This document shows, in pieces, positions 7,977 through 18,003 of a DNA stretch of 64,000 bases; within the stretch, counting starts at the first letter, position 1; each line of letters opens with the position of its first letter. Location: positions 1 to 64,000 of the forward strand of contig JAWLHB010000002.1 of assembly GCA_041690595.1 (NCBI GenBank). Direction: 5' to 3'. The translations under genes were made by a program, and so were the position numbers. This stretch comes from Lentisphaeria bacterium. GTDB taxonomy: Bacteria > Verrucomicrobiota > Lentisphaeria > JABSQK01 > JAWLHB01. A model generated the notes under the pieces. That model saw only the letters and a program-made list of their open reading frames with translations, made no database searches and was not told where the DNA came from.

Positions 7977-9613
7977 TAATCTTCACGCAGGCTGATCCCT
8001 CGCCTTTGCTCCTCGAGAGCGAGTTCGATCAGACGCATACTACCGGTGCCGTGGCCAAGATCGCGAAGCAGCCGCGCGCGAACATGATAGGGAACCGCCC
8101 TGTCGGGTGTACGGACGAAGACGAGCATGGCCAGCACCATGACCAGCCAGCTAACGGCCACCAAGCGCCAGGCGAGCGCAAGCCGGGCGTCACCATCCTC
8201 TTCCGCCGGCGCAGTCCATCGCCACAGGAAGACGAAGAGTGCCAGAAGCAGAACCAGCAGGGGCGCAACTCCCCACCATCCGCGCAACCCCACCAGATCG
8301 CCGCCGTTCAACGCCCGATAACCAAAACCCGCCAGCGGCACGATGACTTCCACCAGCGGATTGGCAATGTCATCTGGCGGATACGGCATGATCGCGATGG
8401 CCAGCAGGTTCTGCACAAAGCTGACCGCCAGCAACAGCCAGCCCATCACCCGCACCCGCGGCAGCGGCGCCAGCAGCAGGCAGACAAAGGGCAGGATGAC
8501 CACCTGGTAGCGCGAGCCATACGCCCAGCCGCTGTGCCAGCCGAAATAGCCTGCATTCCAGAGCAGAAAGACAACGGCCGTGGCCATCACCATCCACCAT
8601 TCGCGCCGCAGCTCCCGGCGCCGCCACATCGCCACCGCCCCCGGGACCGCAAGAATCAGCACCGGCGAGATCGCCAACAGTCCCCGATCCGGCAGAAAAA
8701 GCAGCCGCAGCAGGATCAGCGGGTTTGGCATCGTGATCCCCATCACCCCCCGGCTCGTCCCCTCGCGAAAGCTCTCCAAGGCCAGGCTCCCATAGGACAA
8801 CGCAAAGGGCGACCCGAAATGCTTCGCATTGAACCACATCAGCAACCCCGCCATCACTGCCCCACCCACGACGAAGGCGCCAAAGAGCTGCCAGCGCGGC
8901 CGTCGGCTGGCGAAGTAGACAGTCAGGATCACGGCCAGCAGCGCGGCTGGATAATCGGTCAGCGTCGCCCAACCCGCCAGAATGCCGGCGCCCCATGCCA
9001 ACAGACCGGCGCGGAGCCAGGCCGGTCGACCCTCCGGTTTCGTCGCTACCCGATGCAGAATGTAGAAGCTGCCGATCCCCAGAGCGGCGGTCAGCACATG
9101 GCCGCTGAACATGGTTGCATGCTGCCACGCGATCGTGCCGATGCCGTAAGCCAGGCCGGTGAAGAGCCCCTGCCGCGGGCTTCCACTCCAGCGCAGGGCC
9201 AGCAGGTAGACCAGCAGCGCCGCCAGAGCATGTGGCAAAGCCGCGGTAAAAAATTCCAGCAGCACCACCGTCGGCAGGTTGAGCACCCCCTCGCGACCCA
9301 GAGGCGTTCGGTAAAGCAGCCAGTGTAGCGGCGCCGCCAGCAGCGTCTGACCGATCCCCTTGTTACTGTACGTATGGCCGCCACTGCTCGAAATGTCGAT
9401 GGTCAAATGCGCATACTGGTCGATGTGCCAGGTGCCATGCTCGGCCAGCGACGCCGAGGTGAACATGCGCACCCGTGTATTGTCATACTCCATCGGGTGC
9501 TTGAAGTAGACGCCGGCCAGCAGGCAGAGGACGAAGAGCGTCAGTTCGATCCGTCGCTGCACCATCCACGTGCGCCACGAGGCCCCCCTCGCCGGTTGTT
9601 CCCTATCCGCCAT
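7976..9613 (-). CDS. Polytopic membrane protein, GT-C (ArnT/PMT-like) glycosyltransferase candidate
   Basis: Many hydrophobic segments; YDN, YSNKGIG, DRGLL.ISP and GWAYGSRY motifs resemble uncharacterised GT-C proteins. Confidence 0.6.
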   Translation of the reverse strand: MADREQPARGASWRTWMVQRRIELTLFVLCLLAGVYFKHPMEYDNTRVRMFTSASLAEHGTWHIDQYAHLTIDISSSGGHTYSNKGIGQTLLAAPLHWLLYRTPLGREGVLNLPTVVLLEFFTAALPHALAALLVYLLALRWSGSPRQGLFTGLAYGIGTIAWQHATMFSGHVLTAALGIGSFYILHRVATKPEGRPAWLRAGLLAWGAGILAGWATLTDYPAALLAVILTVYFASRRPRWQLFGAFVVGGAVMAGLLMWFNAKHFGSPFALSYGSLALESFREGTSRGVMGITMPNPLILLRLLFLPDRGLLAISPVLILAVPGAVAMWRRRELRREWWMVMATAVVFLLWNAGYFGWHSGWAYGSRYQVVILPFVCLLLAPLPRVRVMGWLLLAVSFVQNLLAIAIMPYPPDDIANPLVEVIVPLAGFGYRALNGGDLVGLRGWWGVAPLLVLLLALFVFLWRWTAPAEEDGDARLALAWRLVAVSWLVMVLAMLVFVRTPDRAVPYHVRARLLRDLGHGTGSMRLIELALEEQRRGISLRED

Positions 9614-9803
9614 CGCAAACTCCGTGAAGACGCTTTTCGGCCGCTGAAGCAAGATCGCGCGTTAATGTAGGGCGCCGCCCCCGCTTTGCAACAATCTCCC
9701 AACGTCGCGCTTTTGGATACAGAACAAGCGACTTTGGTCATGGTCAGCCGCGCTGGACGCGCTATGTGTAAAGACATACCTGAAAACCGGGGAGGTCTTC
9801 CGT

Positions 9804-10847
9804 ATGAGCCGAGAACTTGCACTGCGTACGATTCAGCTTCTGCCAACCGATCAGTTGGCCCACACCGAGTACAGCTTGGGCTATCACCACAATTACATCC
9901 GTGAGGTCACCGGTCTCGAACCGGGACACGAGGCCATGGTCAGCCTCTATGACCACTGGGGCGTCGATTTCCTCTTCGGTGTCAACGATGGCCTGCACGG
10001 CAACTGGCTGCAGCGCGGCCGCGCCACCGACATGGGCCATGCCATCTATGCCGCCGACGGCAGCGACCAGCGCGAAACCGCCGTTTGCCCCTTCACCACT
10101 GTCGACGACGTCTACGCCTTCGACCCGATCGAGGAGTACGGCCTGCCCGATCGTGCCGAACAGGTCGCCGCTTACCAGAAGCAGCTTGACGATAACCGCT
10201 CCGCCTTTCCGCGCCAACTGGGCACCGGCGGCTACTACAAGACTATCATCTCCGGCGCCATTCAGGCCTTCGGCTGGGACATGCTCCTCCTTGCCGCCGC
10301 CGATCCCGTCAAGATGGAAGAGGTGATCGACCGCATCTTCCGCTTCACCCAATTCCACATGAATGCCTGGGTCGATACCGATGCCGAAGTCATCATTCAG
10401 CACGACGACTTCGTCTGGACCTCCGGCCCCTTTGTGCGGCCGGACTACTACCGCCAGGTTATCATCCCCCGCTACGCCGAGCTGTGGAAACCGCTCAAGG
10501 CTGCCGGCAAGAAGATCCTCTTCTGCTCCGATGGTCTATTCACCATGTTCATGGACGACCTCGCCAAGGCGGGCGCCGAGGGCTTCATCTTCGAGCCATG
10601 CAACGACTTCGCCTGGGTTGTCGAGCGCTTCGGCCAGAGCCACTGCCTGGTCGGCAGCGGTGTCGATTGTCGGGATATGACCTTCCATTCCTGGGAGACC
10701 GTTCAGGCCGCCATGGATTCCACCTTCGAACTGGCCCGCAAGTGCAAGGGGCTCATCTGGGCTGTCGGCAATCACCTTCCCGCCAATATCCCCCAGGAAA
10801 TCATGGAACGCTACATCGCCTATTTTCAGGCGAATCGCGGCAAGTAG
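9804..10847 (+). CDS. Uroporphyrinogen decarboxylase / MtaA-CmuA family protein
   Basis: IQHDDF, YRQVIIPRY, ILFCSDG, CLVG and GNHLPANIP; GGAGG RBS. Confidence 0.8.
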   Translation: MSRELALRTIQLLPTDQLAHTEYSLGYHHNYIREVTGLEPGHEAMVSLYDHWGVDFLFGVNDGLHGNWLQRGRATDMGHAIYAADGSDQRETAVCPFTTVDDVYAFDPIEEYGLPDRAEQVAAYQKQLDDNRSAFPRQLGTGGYYKTIISGAIQAFGWDMLLLAAADPVKMEEVIDRIFRFTQFHMNAWVDTDAEVIIQHDDFVWTSGPFVRPDYYRQVIIPRYAELWKPLKAAGKKILFCSDGLFTMFMDDLAKAGAEGFIFEPCNDFAWVVERFGQSHCLVGSGVDCRDMTFHSWETVQAAMDSTFELARKCKGLIWAVGNHLPANIPQEIMERYIAYFQANRGK

Positions 10848-10959
10848 AAGCGAAACGGGATGGTTCCGGTGAATATGTGCGCCGGCCTCTGCGTCTATGT
10901 GACTGAAGCAGGCGCCTGCAATCGCCAATCTTCACCATCTAACCAGAGGGAACCATCCT

Positions 10960-11430
10960 GTGAAAACTCACTATCTGATCATCGTCGCCGCCATCGCCAT
11001 CACGCTCACCGGCATGGCGGCGCCTCCTCACTTCCAAGGCGCAAAGCAATCCACCGGCAGCGTCGCGACCAGGCAGGATTACGAAAAGTACAACCACGCC
11101 AGACATGGCGGCGGCAATGACAGGCACGGCCGCGACGACTACAAGCACGGCCGCGACAAGGACAGGCACGATTACCACCCGCGCAAGCACCACGATAGCC
11201 ATCGTGGCTATGGACATGTGCGGAACGGGTACTGGACCCATCGCGAAGTGCGCTGTTGGATCGAGCCTCGCTACGAGCGCATCTGGCAGCCTGCCAGCTT
11301 TACCTGGCACTACGATTCGTGCCGTGGTGGCTGGTTCCAGCTCCAGATAGGCGGCGGCAGCTATGTCACCACCTGCATCCCCGGCTACTGGGGCACCCGC
11401 ACCGAACGCATCTGGGTTCCACACCGATAA
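10960..11430 (+). CDS. Small secreted His/Arg/Tyr/Trp-rich protein
   Basis: GTG start after GAGGG; signal peptide; DRHGRDDYKHGRDKDRHDYH segment; GYW/IPGYW/RIWVP motifs. Confidence 0.7.
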   Translation: MKTHYLIIVAAIAITLTGMAAPPHFQGAKQSTGSVATRQDYEKYNHARHGGGNDRHGRDDYKHGRDKDRHDYHPRKHHDSHRGYGHVRNGYWTHREVRCWIEPRYERIWQPASFTWHYDSCRGGWFQLQIGGGSYVTTCIPGYWGTRTERIWVPHR

Positions 11431-11671
11431 AGCATCGCCCACGCTCGGGGTCAAACCTACACCATCCACTTCGGCAGGGCCGGCCACGTCCACGGTCTCG
11501 CCGATGGTAGAGCCCACGGCACGCACTGCCGGCAGACCGTCGATTCTGACCAGCGGCTGAAAGCGCCGGCCCTTCCAGCCGGCGCTCATCGGTTTTATGC
11601 GGGCGGCAAGCCGCACCTTATGCCCTGTGCGGAGAACTGCGCAAAAGTAGCGCGTGGAGCGATACTTTGTA

Positions 11672-11699
11672 TTGACAGAATTGGTATACGGGATAAAGT
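11672..11699 (+). promoter_or_regulatory. sigma70-type promoter
   Basis: TTGACA-N16-TAAAGT upstream of the gene at 11774. Confidence 0.55.
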
Positions 11700-11773
11700 C
11701 ATGAACAACATACCGCCGGGCTTGGCGAAGTGGGGTTGATCCGGCTGCGTAAAACCAAAGGGGATAATAAGCC

Positions 11774-13828
11774 ATGCATGTTCTTCGCATTGCATTCAAC
11801 TGGTTTGCAGTGATTGTCGGGGCACTCACTATTCATGTGGCCGCGGCTGGCGAAGTCGCACTTCCAGGCACCGATCTGCACGTCGAGATGAGTGCGGACT
11901 TGCAGGCACGACCACTCTCGCCGAGTGCGCCAGACATTGTTCTCTACTACGCGGATGCAGGCGAAAATGCCGCGATCCAGGCGGTTCGCCAGGCAGCCGG
12001 CCTGACGGCGGAAGGCATGGCCGCAAAATACGAACAACTGATGGCTCAAGCTTTTGCCACCTTCCGGCAGACCAGCTCCGACACCAGGACCGTGGGAAGC
12101 CTCCAGGTGTTGCGGCGAACGTATGCAGCGGCCGGGGGCGGCCAGAACGTCTCGGTCGAAACTTTGTTTATCCCCCACCCACAACAGGGAATGATTCTGC
12201 ATGCGATCTGCCAGCCGCACCGGCAAGCGGCGATGACCCAGATTCTCCAGAGCCTGCGCGGCCCACAGGCCACCCACGTGCAGGTTCCCGGAACGAGCTA
12301 TCGTGTGGCACTGCCCGCCAACTGGCAGAGCCAGCACGTCGCCCAGGATGGCAACGAAAGCATCACGATCATGCCGGCCGATGGAACTGTGGCGGTGAAT
12401 CTCGCTGGAGCCGGCCTGTCCGGGATTCCCAACGCACCGGAGCTGCTGCGGGGAGCAATGTCGCAGATGGGGCAGGGATTGCAGCAGCAGGGTTACCACC
12501 GTGTCGACCAGAAAAGTGAACTCACCGACTCCCGTCTGCGCCTCTACGAGCGCTATCAGGGCAGCGCTGGCAACGTCGCGGCAACGCACGTGATTGCCAT
12601 TCAGCAGGACGGCAACGAGGCACTCATCGTCAACGCCATGTATCCAGATGCCACGGCTGCTACCCACGGCAGAACCATCCAGCAGCTCATCGACGACCTT
12701 GCCGGTAAGCCGGCCGCCGCGGCGACGCCCGCACGTCCCCCCGTTCCAGTCATCACCGCGGGCCCACCGGCAACTCCCGCCGTCGCCGCACCAACCACTC
12801 CCGGTGTGCCCCCACCAACACCCACAGCCAAACCAACCACGCCTGCCGCCAACGGCACGACGCGCGTTTCAGCGCCCGGCTTCACCTTCTCATTCGAAGC
12901 ACCTGCCGACTGGGCCGTCAGTGCCGCCGGCAACAAGATCCTCGTCACTGCCCCCGCGGATCACCGCGCGGGACTGAGCTTCAGCCTGCAGCGACTGACG
13001 CGACGCCCCGACGGCAAACACGCCGATCTGGCGACATCTGTTGCCACCGCCTTGGAGTTGGCCGCCAAGCTGCCGGAGGCGGAGGTGGTGGGCAACGCCC
13101 CTTACACAATCGCCGGCCAGACCGGCCACATGGTCACGGTAACCTACCGGCAGGACAACGTGCTGCAACGTATGAATCAGGTGCTGCTGGCGACGCCCGA
13201 GTCCATCTACTGGCTGGGTTATACAGGAAGCGACAGAATCGCGATGATCCACCAGGCACTCTTCAGCCATGCCTTGAAGAGCGCCGAGTGCCCCGATGCG
13301 ATCACCCAGACGCCGGTGACCACGACCGCACCCGCGGTTCCCTCCCTGCCGGCCGCACCAACGGGCTACCATTGGTTTACGGAGGAAACCTCAGGACTGC
13401 GCTGGCATACCCCCAGCAGTTGGCCCGTGGAGAAGATCGGCGCCAATCCGACCCTCCTGCCGCCTGCCGGAGATGCGCTCGCCGACGCCGGCGGCATCAA
13501 GATACAGAACCTCGACCGCACCGTCGACCGCTATCAGAATCTGGGCTCCGCCGTCAAGGAACTGATGGCCTTCATTTCGCAGAACCGCGGCACCGTCCTC
13601 AACATGGGCGAACAAACCATTCACGAACTGAAATGCCATGTGACCGAGTTCACGGTGAGCCTCAACGAAGAAAGTCACCACATGTGGTTCATCCATGTGG
13701 AGCGCCCGCAAACCATCGCCCTCCTGCAGTACGATGCCTGCGGCACCGTCTTCACCCGCGCCAAACTGGCTCAAGCGATGCGACCGCACGTGAATGCCAT
13801 GATGCACTCACTGCACGAAGCCGACTGA
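11774..13828 (+). CDS. Secreted multidomain protein with repeated PsbP/DcrB-like domains and Pro/Ala/Thr linkers
   Basis: Signal peptide; recurring domain starts (VALPANW, FEAPADW, WHTPSSW) separated by PAT-rich linkers. Confidence 0.65.
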   Translation: MHVLRIAFNWFAVIVGALTIHVAAAGEVALPGTDLHVEMSADLQARPLSPSAPDIVLYYADAGENAAIQAVRQAAGLTAEGMAAKYEQLMAQAFATFRQTSSDTRTVGSLQVLRRTYAAAGGGQNVSVETLFIPHPQQGMILHAICQPHRQAAMTQILQSLRGPQATHVQVPGTSYRVALPANWQSQHVAQDGNESITIMPADGTVAVNLAGAGLSGIPNAPELLRGAMSQMGQGLQQQGYHRVDQKSELTDSRLRLYERYQGSAGNVAATHVIAIQQDGNEALIVNAMYPDATAATHGRTIQQLIDDLAGKPAAAATPARPPVPVITAGPPATPAVAAPTTPGVPPPTPTAKPTTPAANGTTRVSAPGFTFSFEAPADWAVSAAGNKILVTAPADHRAGLSFSLQRLTRRPDGKHADLATSVATALELAAKLPEAEVVGNAPYTIAGQTGHMVTVTYRQDNVLQRMNQVLLATPESIYWLGYTGSDRIAMIHQALFSHALKSAECPDAITQTPVTTTAPAVPSLPAAPTGYHWFTEETSGLRWHTPSSWPVEKIGANPTLLPPAGDALADAGGIKIQNLDRTVDRYQNLGSAVKELMAFISQNRGTVLNMGEQTIHELKCHVTEFTVSLNEESHHMWFIHVERPQTIALLQYDACGTVFTRAKLAQAMRPHVNAMMHSLHEAD

Positions 13829-13855
13829 AACACGCCTTTGCATGGAGAGGCCAAC

Positions 13856-16800
13856 ATGGCCAGATTCTTGATGATGTATGCTGTGGCGGCAGTATGCCTG
13901 CTGTCGACGGCACGGGCCGATGTCGATGATACACTGGCGAAGATCAAGCATCGGCAGAAGATCCTTGCCGGGATGGAGCCTGGCAGCGCGACCATCGCCC
14001 GCGCCGAACTGAAAGAGCTGTACGAGCAGCTATCCAAAGAAGCCAATGACGACCAGTTGCGCAAAACCGGCGAATTGATGCTGGACATGTTCAGTGGCTT
14101 GAAAACGGTCATGACCGACTACTATGCGAGCAACGACCACGGTCGCGGCAGCGCCTATATCCCGCGCGAGATGATCTTTCTCACCGCGGCAGACACCATC
14201 AACAAGTACAAGACCGTGGCGGGTGCGCCCATCTTTCAGGCAGGTGGCGTGGACATCAGCGAGGACAAGCTGAAGGCTGCCACCAGCTTTGCCGACGAGC
14301 TTCTGGGCATCAGCCGCGCCTTCTCGGAGCAGCCGGAGCCGGAATCGCAGGTGCTCGCCGGAAAAATGAAGGCATTGTCAGGGCTCATGTCGAACTTCGG
14401 CGACGACCTCCCGATTCCCGTCGTCAACAAGTTGATCAAGGCCCTCGGCGACGTCACCAGCGAGATGATCGGCGCCGTCCTCGACATCGAGGACAAGCTC
14501 AACGCGCGCAACCCTTTCCTGAACGCGGCCACTGTAGGCGACGGTGGCGCGGCCACTGCCTGGAAGCACCAGATCAAAGAAGATCTGGCGCGCGTGACTG
14601 GCCTGCGCGATGCCTATGTCGAAGCGTGGTCCGGTCGGCAGCACGTCTGGCTCTTCGACCGCAACGGCAAGCACTACGACAAGGCCACCGACCGGGAGTA
14701 CCCCGGCAACTTCATCCCCATATCGCGCCAGCCGGCCTTTGCGGGTCAGAGTCAGGAGCAGATCATCCGTACCTTGCGCCGCCGCTTTCGCCTGCTGCAT
14801 CAGGCCGGCATCGAATCACCAACCATCGACCAGATCCTCTATGAAAGCACCCGTGTCCTGCGACCGAATGTGGTCATCGCCCATGACGCCATCGTGCCTG
14901 GCGAGGGCTTTCCGCTGCGAATCGATGCGTACCGTGCGCTCGACGGCGAACGGCTGCCACAGGCCAGCGGCATTACCTTCGAAATTCGCCAGCCTGGCGG
15001 TCTCCTTGGCGACCAGATAGACACTGCCGCGCATGGCCAGACCATCACGTGGACTGCACCAGCCGCGCCGGGCAAGCATACGCTGACCGTGACTCTCACG
15101 GAAGCCTCGATCCAGGCTGGCTGGCGCCTCGAATGGAACGCCCCGGTGACCGCACATTATGTAATCGGCGAGAAGACCAGGCTGCTCCTGAAACTCCAGC
15201 AGGAGACCGTCGCCACGACCCGACGCAACCCGCTGAGGATGGTACTCCGTCTCCACCCCGACGATGAAGATCTACCCGCCATCGCCACCGGCCGCTTGAT
15301 ACTGCGCACGGATCCCGACGATGTCGTCCGCCTGGCGAAAGCTTCAGCCGATTGGGAGCTGGCTTCCGGCAGCTCCGCTGACGGATCCCTCGACCTTACC
15401 GGCGGGCAGGGAAGCCTGAACGAACTGATCAACCCCATACGCATCGCGCTCATACCCGCCTCGCCCGACGGCATGCCACCCGGCGCGGTCCGCATCATCG
15501 CCGAATATCTGGACGAGTTGGGGGCGGACAGGAATCGCGCGCTGCGACAATCCGCCCGTGCCGAGGCCGTCATGCGCATTGTCGACCCCCCGACACTGGC
15601 AGTCGATCGCTTTGTGCTGACGGCTCGCGCGGATGCGCAATCCGGTCGCTATACACTCGCCTTGCAAGCAACCGACAGCGCGGGCAAGCCGGTTCGAGAC
15701 GGCCGAGTCACGCTGCAGTGTGAAGATGGCGGTTTCTTCCCGGGAATGAATGGCGAGCATGTGGAACTGGCAGGCCACCGGGAAACCGTCTGGGTCGCAC
15801 CGGAAAATCCGCCGGAGAACGTGCGCTTTCGCCTGACATACTCCGGTGCGCAGGGGGAAGATTGCATCTACACCGAGGCGAAGCAGATCGTCCTCGTGAA
15901 ACTGCCCGGCAACGCCGCCGGGGAGGAGGAGGCTCTGCTGCTGCCTGCCGAGATCGCAGCCGGCATTGCCGCCGCCACTGTAAGCCTGCCAGACGATGAG
16001 ACGATCGAAGAGGAAGAGGCGACGCTGCTGCCCCCGAGCGCCGTCTCGGCTCAGGTAGCACCGGACGATCAGGCCGAGGACGAGGCGAGTTTAATCCCGG
16101 GCCTGCCCGCGAGCGCGACGATACCCCCCTCGACCACCGCCGAACCAGCCACGACGGCCATTTCGGATCCGGAGGTTCAGAAGGCCTTTGCCGCCTTCGG
16201 CGTCGGCAACGCGTCGCCGGTGACTGCACCGGCGGCAGAGCCGCAAACACCGGCGACCCCCGTTCCCGCCTACGGCGATGTGGCGGGGCTGCCGCTTGCG
16301 CCGTCATTTACCCCGGTACCCGTAAATCCACAGGCCGAGCGACTCGATCCTGCCACCCTGCGTGGCTATCGCTCCCCGCTTATCGAGCCCCCCATTTCCA
16401 TACCCGCTTTCCCTTGGAACGAAACGCGCCCGACCACCGGGGATCTGCCCGGCCACCTGATGCAATGGTGCCGCGCCCCCTACCCAGTCGCCGACGAGAA
16501 GGAAGGACGCGCCAAACGCGACGTGCGTACCAACGGCAATCTCACCGAAGTCCTCGAGACTTTCCAGATCGCAGGCCATGAACTCCGGCGAAAGTACCAG
16601 AATAACAAACTGGAGTACGCGGAAATCCGCTCGCCCGACCGGCAGACCACGTACGCCCTCAACTTCGTCTGGAATAAGCCTCCCGATCGGAGCAAAGGCG
16701 TCAACACCAACGATCCGACCACAGTCTTCGGCCAGGATGTGGTGGTCGATACGCTGATGCGCTACACGATCGAGCGCAAAACCCCCGAAAACACCGAGAA

Positions 16801-17461
16801 CGTGCGAATGGTCTACGACCTGAACGGCAACTGCACGGAAGAAAGAACCGTTATCGACTCGCGCATCCTGACCGACCAGCGGACCTGGCGCAACGACAAG
16901 CTCGTGGAAGAGCAGCGTATGATCGATAATACCCTCGTCTGCCAATCGCGCAACGAAGAAGGCACGATGCTTAGCATCGAGTGCTACTCCTACTTTCGCC
17001 GCACATCTGGCGATTGGGCAAAGCTCAAGAACGGTCCAAAGATCGACTTTCATCTCAACGGCCTGCCGCGGCAGGCGCTGGTCTATGAGCAGGACGAGCC
17101 GGATGGCAAGAAGGTGGAATGGCATGCCACGGGCCATCTGAAGGAGCTGACCATCAAGGAAGGCGAAACGCTCGTCTTCAGTCAGAGAGGTTCGGAGCAT
17201 GGCAGGCTGATCGCCCAGAACGTTCGGATCAGCGAAACCCAGATGGTGGGCATCAGCTGGTCGAACCACGAAGACAAGTACAGAATCGAGATGTACGTCC
17301 GGGACACCGCCGCCGGTCACAACCACAACATCCCGTTCAATGCCTCTGGTTTGCGGGACGGGGAAGAGTTCTGGCAGCAGTTGCGTCCAAGCAAACGCCT
17401 GAAGCGCATCTACTGGAAGAATGGGGTTAAGGTTCAGGAATCCGGCTCAATCACCAAGTAG
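13856..17461 (+). CDS. Large secreted mosaic protein (beta-rich middle, acidic linker, MORN-variant-like C-terminus)
   Basis: Long ORF with signal peptide; C-terminal KNGPKIDFHLNG, DGKKVEWHATG, RDGEEF and YWKNGVKV repeats. Confidence 0.7.
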   Translation: MARFLMMYAVAAVCLLSTARADVDDTLAKIKHRQKILAGMEPGSATIARAELKELYEQLSKEANDDQLRKTGELMLDMFSGLKTVMTDYYASNDHGRGSAYIPREMIFLTAADTINKYKTVAGAPIFQAGGVDISEDKLKAATSFADELLGISRAFSEQPEPESQVLAGKMKALSGLMSNFGDDLPIPVVNKLIKALGDVTSEMIGAVLDIEDKLNARNPFLNAATVGDGGAATAWKHQIKEDLARVTGLRDAYVEAWSGRQHVWLFDRNGKHYDKATDREYPGNFIPISRQPAFAGQSQEQIIRTLRRRFRLLHQAGIESPTIDQILYESTRVLRPNVVIAHDAIVPGEGFPLRIDAYRALDGERLPQASGITFEIRQPGGLLGDQIDTAAHGQTITWTAPAAPGKHTLTVTLTEASIQAGWRLEWNAPVTAHYVIGEKTRLLLKLQQETVATTRRNPLRMVLRLHPDDEDLPAIATGRLILRTDPDDVVRLAKASADWELASGSSADGSLDLTGGQGSLNELINPIRIALIPASPDGMPPGAVRIIAEYLDELGADRNRALRQSARAEAVMRIVDPPTLAVDRFVLTARADAQSGRYTLALQATDSAGKPVRDGRVTLQCEDGGFFPGMNGEHVELAGHRETVWVAPENPPENVRFRLTYSGAQGEDCIYTEAKQIVLVKLPGNAAGEEEALLLPAEIAAGIAAATVSLPDDETIEEEEATLLPPSAVSAQVAPDDQAEDEASLIPGLPASATIPPSTTAEPATTAISDPEVQKAFAAFGVGNASPVTAPAAEPQTPATPVPAYGDVAGLPLAPSFTPVPVNPQAERLDPATLRGYRSPLIEPPISIPAFPWNETRPTTGDLPGHLMQWCRAPYPVADEKEGRAKRDVRTNGNLTEVLETFQIAGHELRRKYQNNKLEYAEIRSPDRQTTYALNFVWNKPPDRSKGVNTNDPTTVFGQDVVVDTLMRYTIERKTPENTENVRMVYDLNGNCTEERTVIDSRILTDQRTWRNDKLVEEQRMIDNTLVCQSRNEEGTMLSIECYSYFRRTSGDWAKLKNGPKIDFHLNGLPRQALVYEQDEPDGKKVEWHATGHLKELTIKEGETLVFSQRGSEHGRLIAQNVRISETQMVGISWSNHEDKYRIEMYVRDTAAGHNHNIPFNASGLRDGEEFWQQLRPSKRLKRIYWKNGVKVQESGSITK

Positions 17462-17471
17462 GAAAAGGATC

Positions 17472-17999
17472 ATGAAAAGGAAGGTCGGATGGTCATTGCT
17501 GCTTCTGGGCATCATTGTTTTCTTTGCCGCCAACATCTTCAACTCGGGCAAGGAGGTGGCGCGGGAGGTCTATCGCAACGCCGGGCACTACGAACGGACG
17601 GTCGAAACCCAGGCTGGCCTGGGCTACGAGGTTCGCATATGGGTGATTGGTGAAGAAACCGGCCTGCAGCAATGGGCCGAAGCTGAGGCGGTGCTGACCA
17701 TTGTCGACGCACAGGGAGTCACCCTATTCAGCAAAGGAGTTCGCGCCGATCGAGCCAGCTCACAGCAGACTGGTGGCGTGACGCGGGCGCAGAATGGTAC
17801 CAGCCACAGGTGGGCTCCCGTGAACGAGGGGCCCGTCACCATAGCCATCGATTTGCTCGCGGGTGACAAGGTAGAGCTGGAGGTATTCGAGGATCTGAAC
17901 CAGTTGGCCAGCATACTTCCAGGGCTGTCGATCCTGCTCGCTTTCAGCGGTCTGGTGACGGTGCTGCGAAGTCGCGCACGGAAGAACGGCGCCGCGTGA
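17472..17999 (+). CDS. Hypothetical membrane protein (N- and C-terminal TM helices)
   Basis: AAGGA RBS, starts 10 nt after the previous stop, two hydrophobic segments. Confidence 0.7.
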   Translation: MKRKVGWSLLLLGIIVFFAANIFNSGKEVAREVYRNAGHYERTVETQAGLGYEVRIWVIGEETGLQQWAEAEAVLTIVDAQGVTLFSKGVRADRASSQQTGGVTRAQNGTSHRWAPVNEGPVTIAIDLLAGDKVELEVFEDLNQLASILPGLSILLAFSGLVTVLRSRARKNGAA

Positions 18000-18003
18000 C
18001 CGT

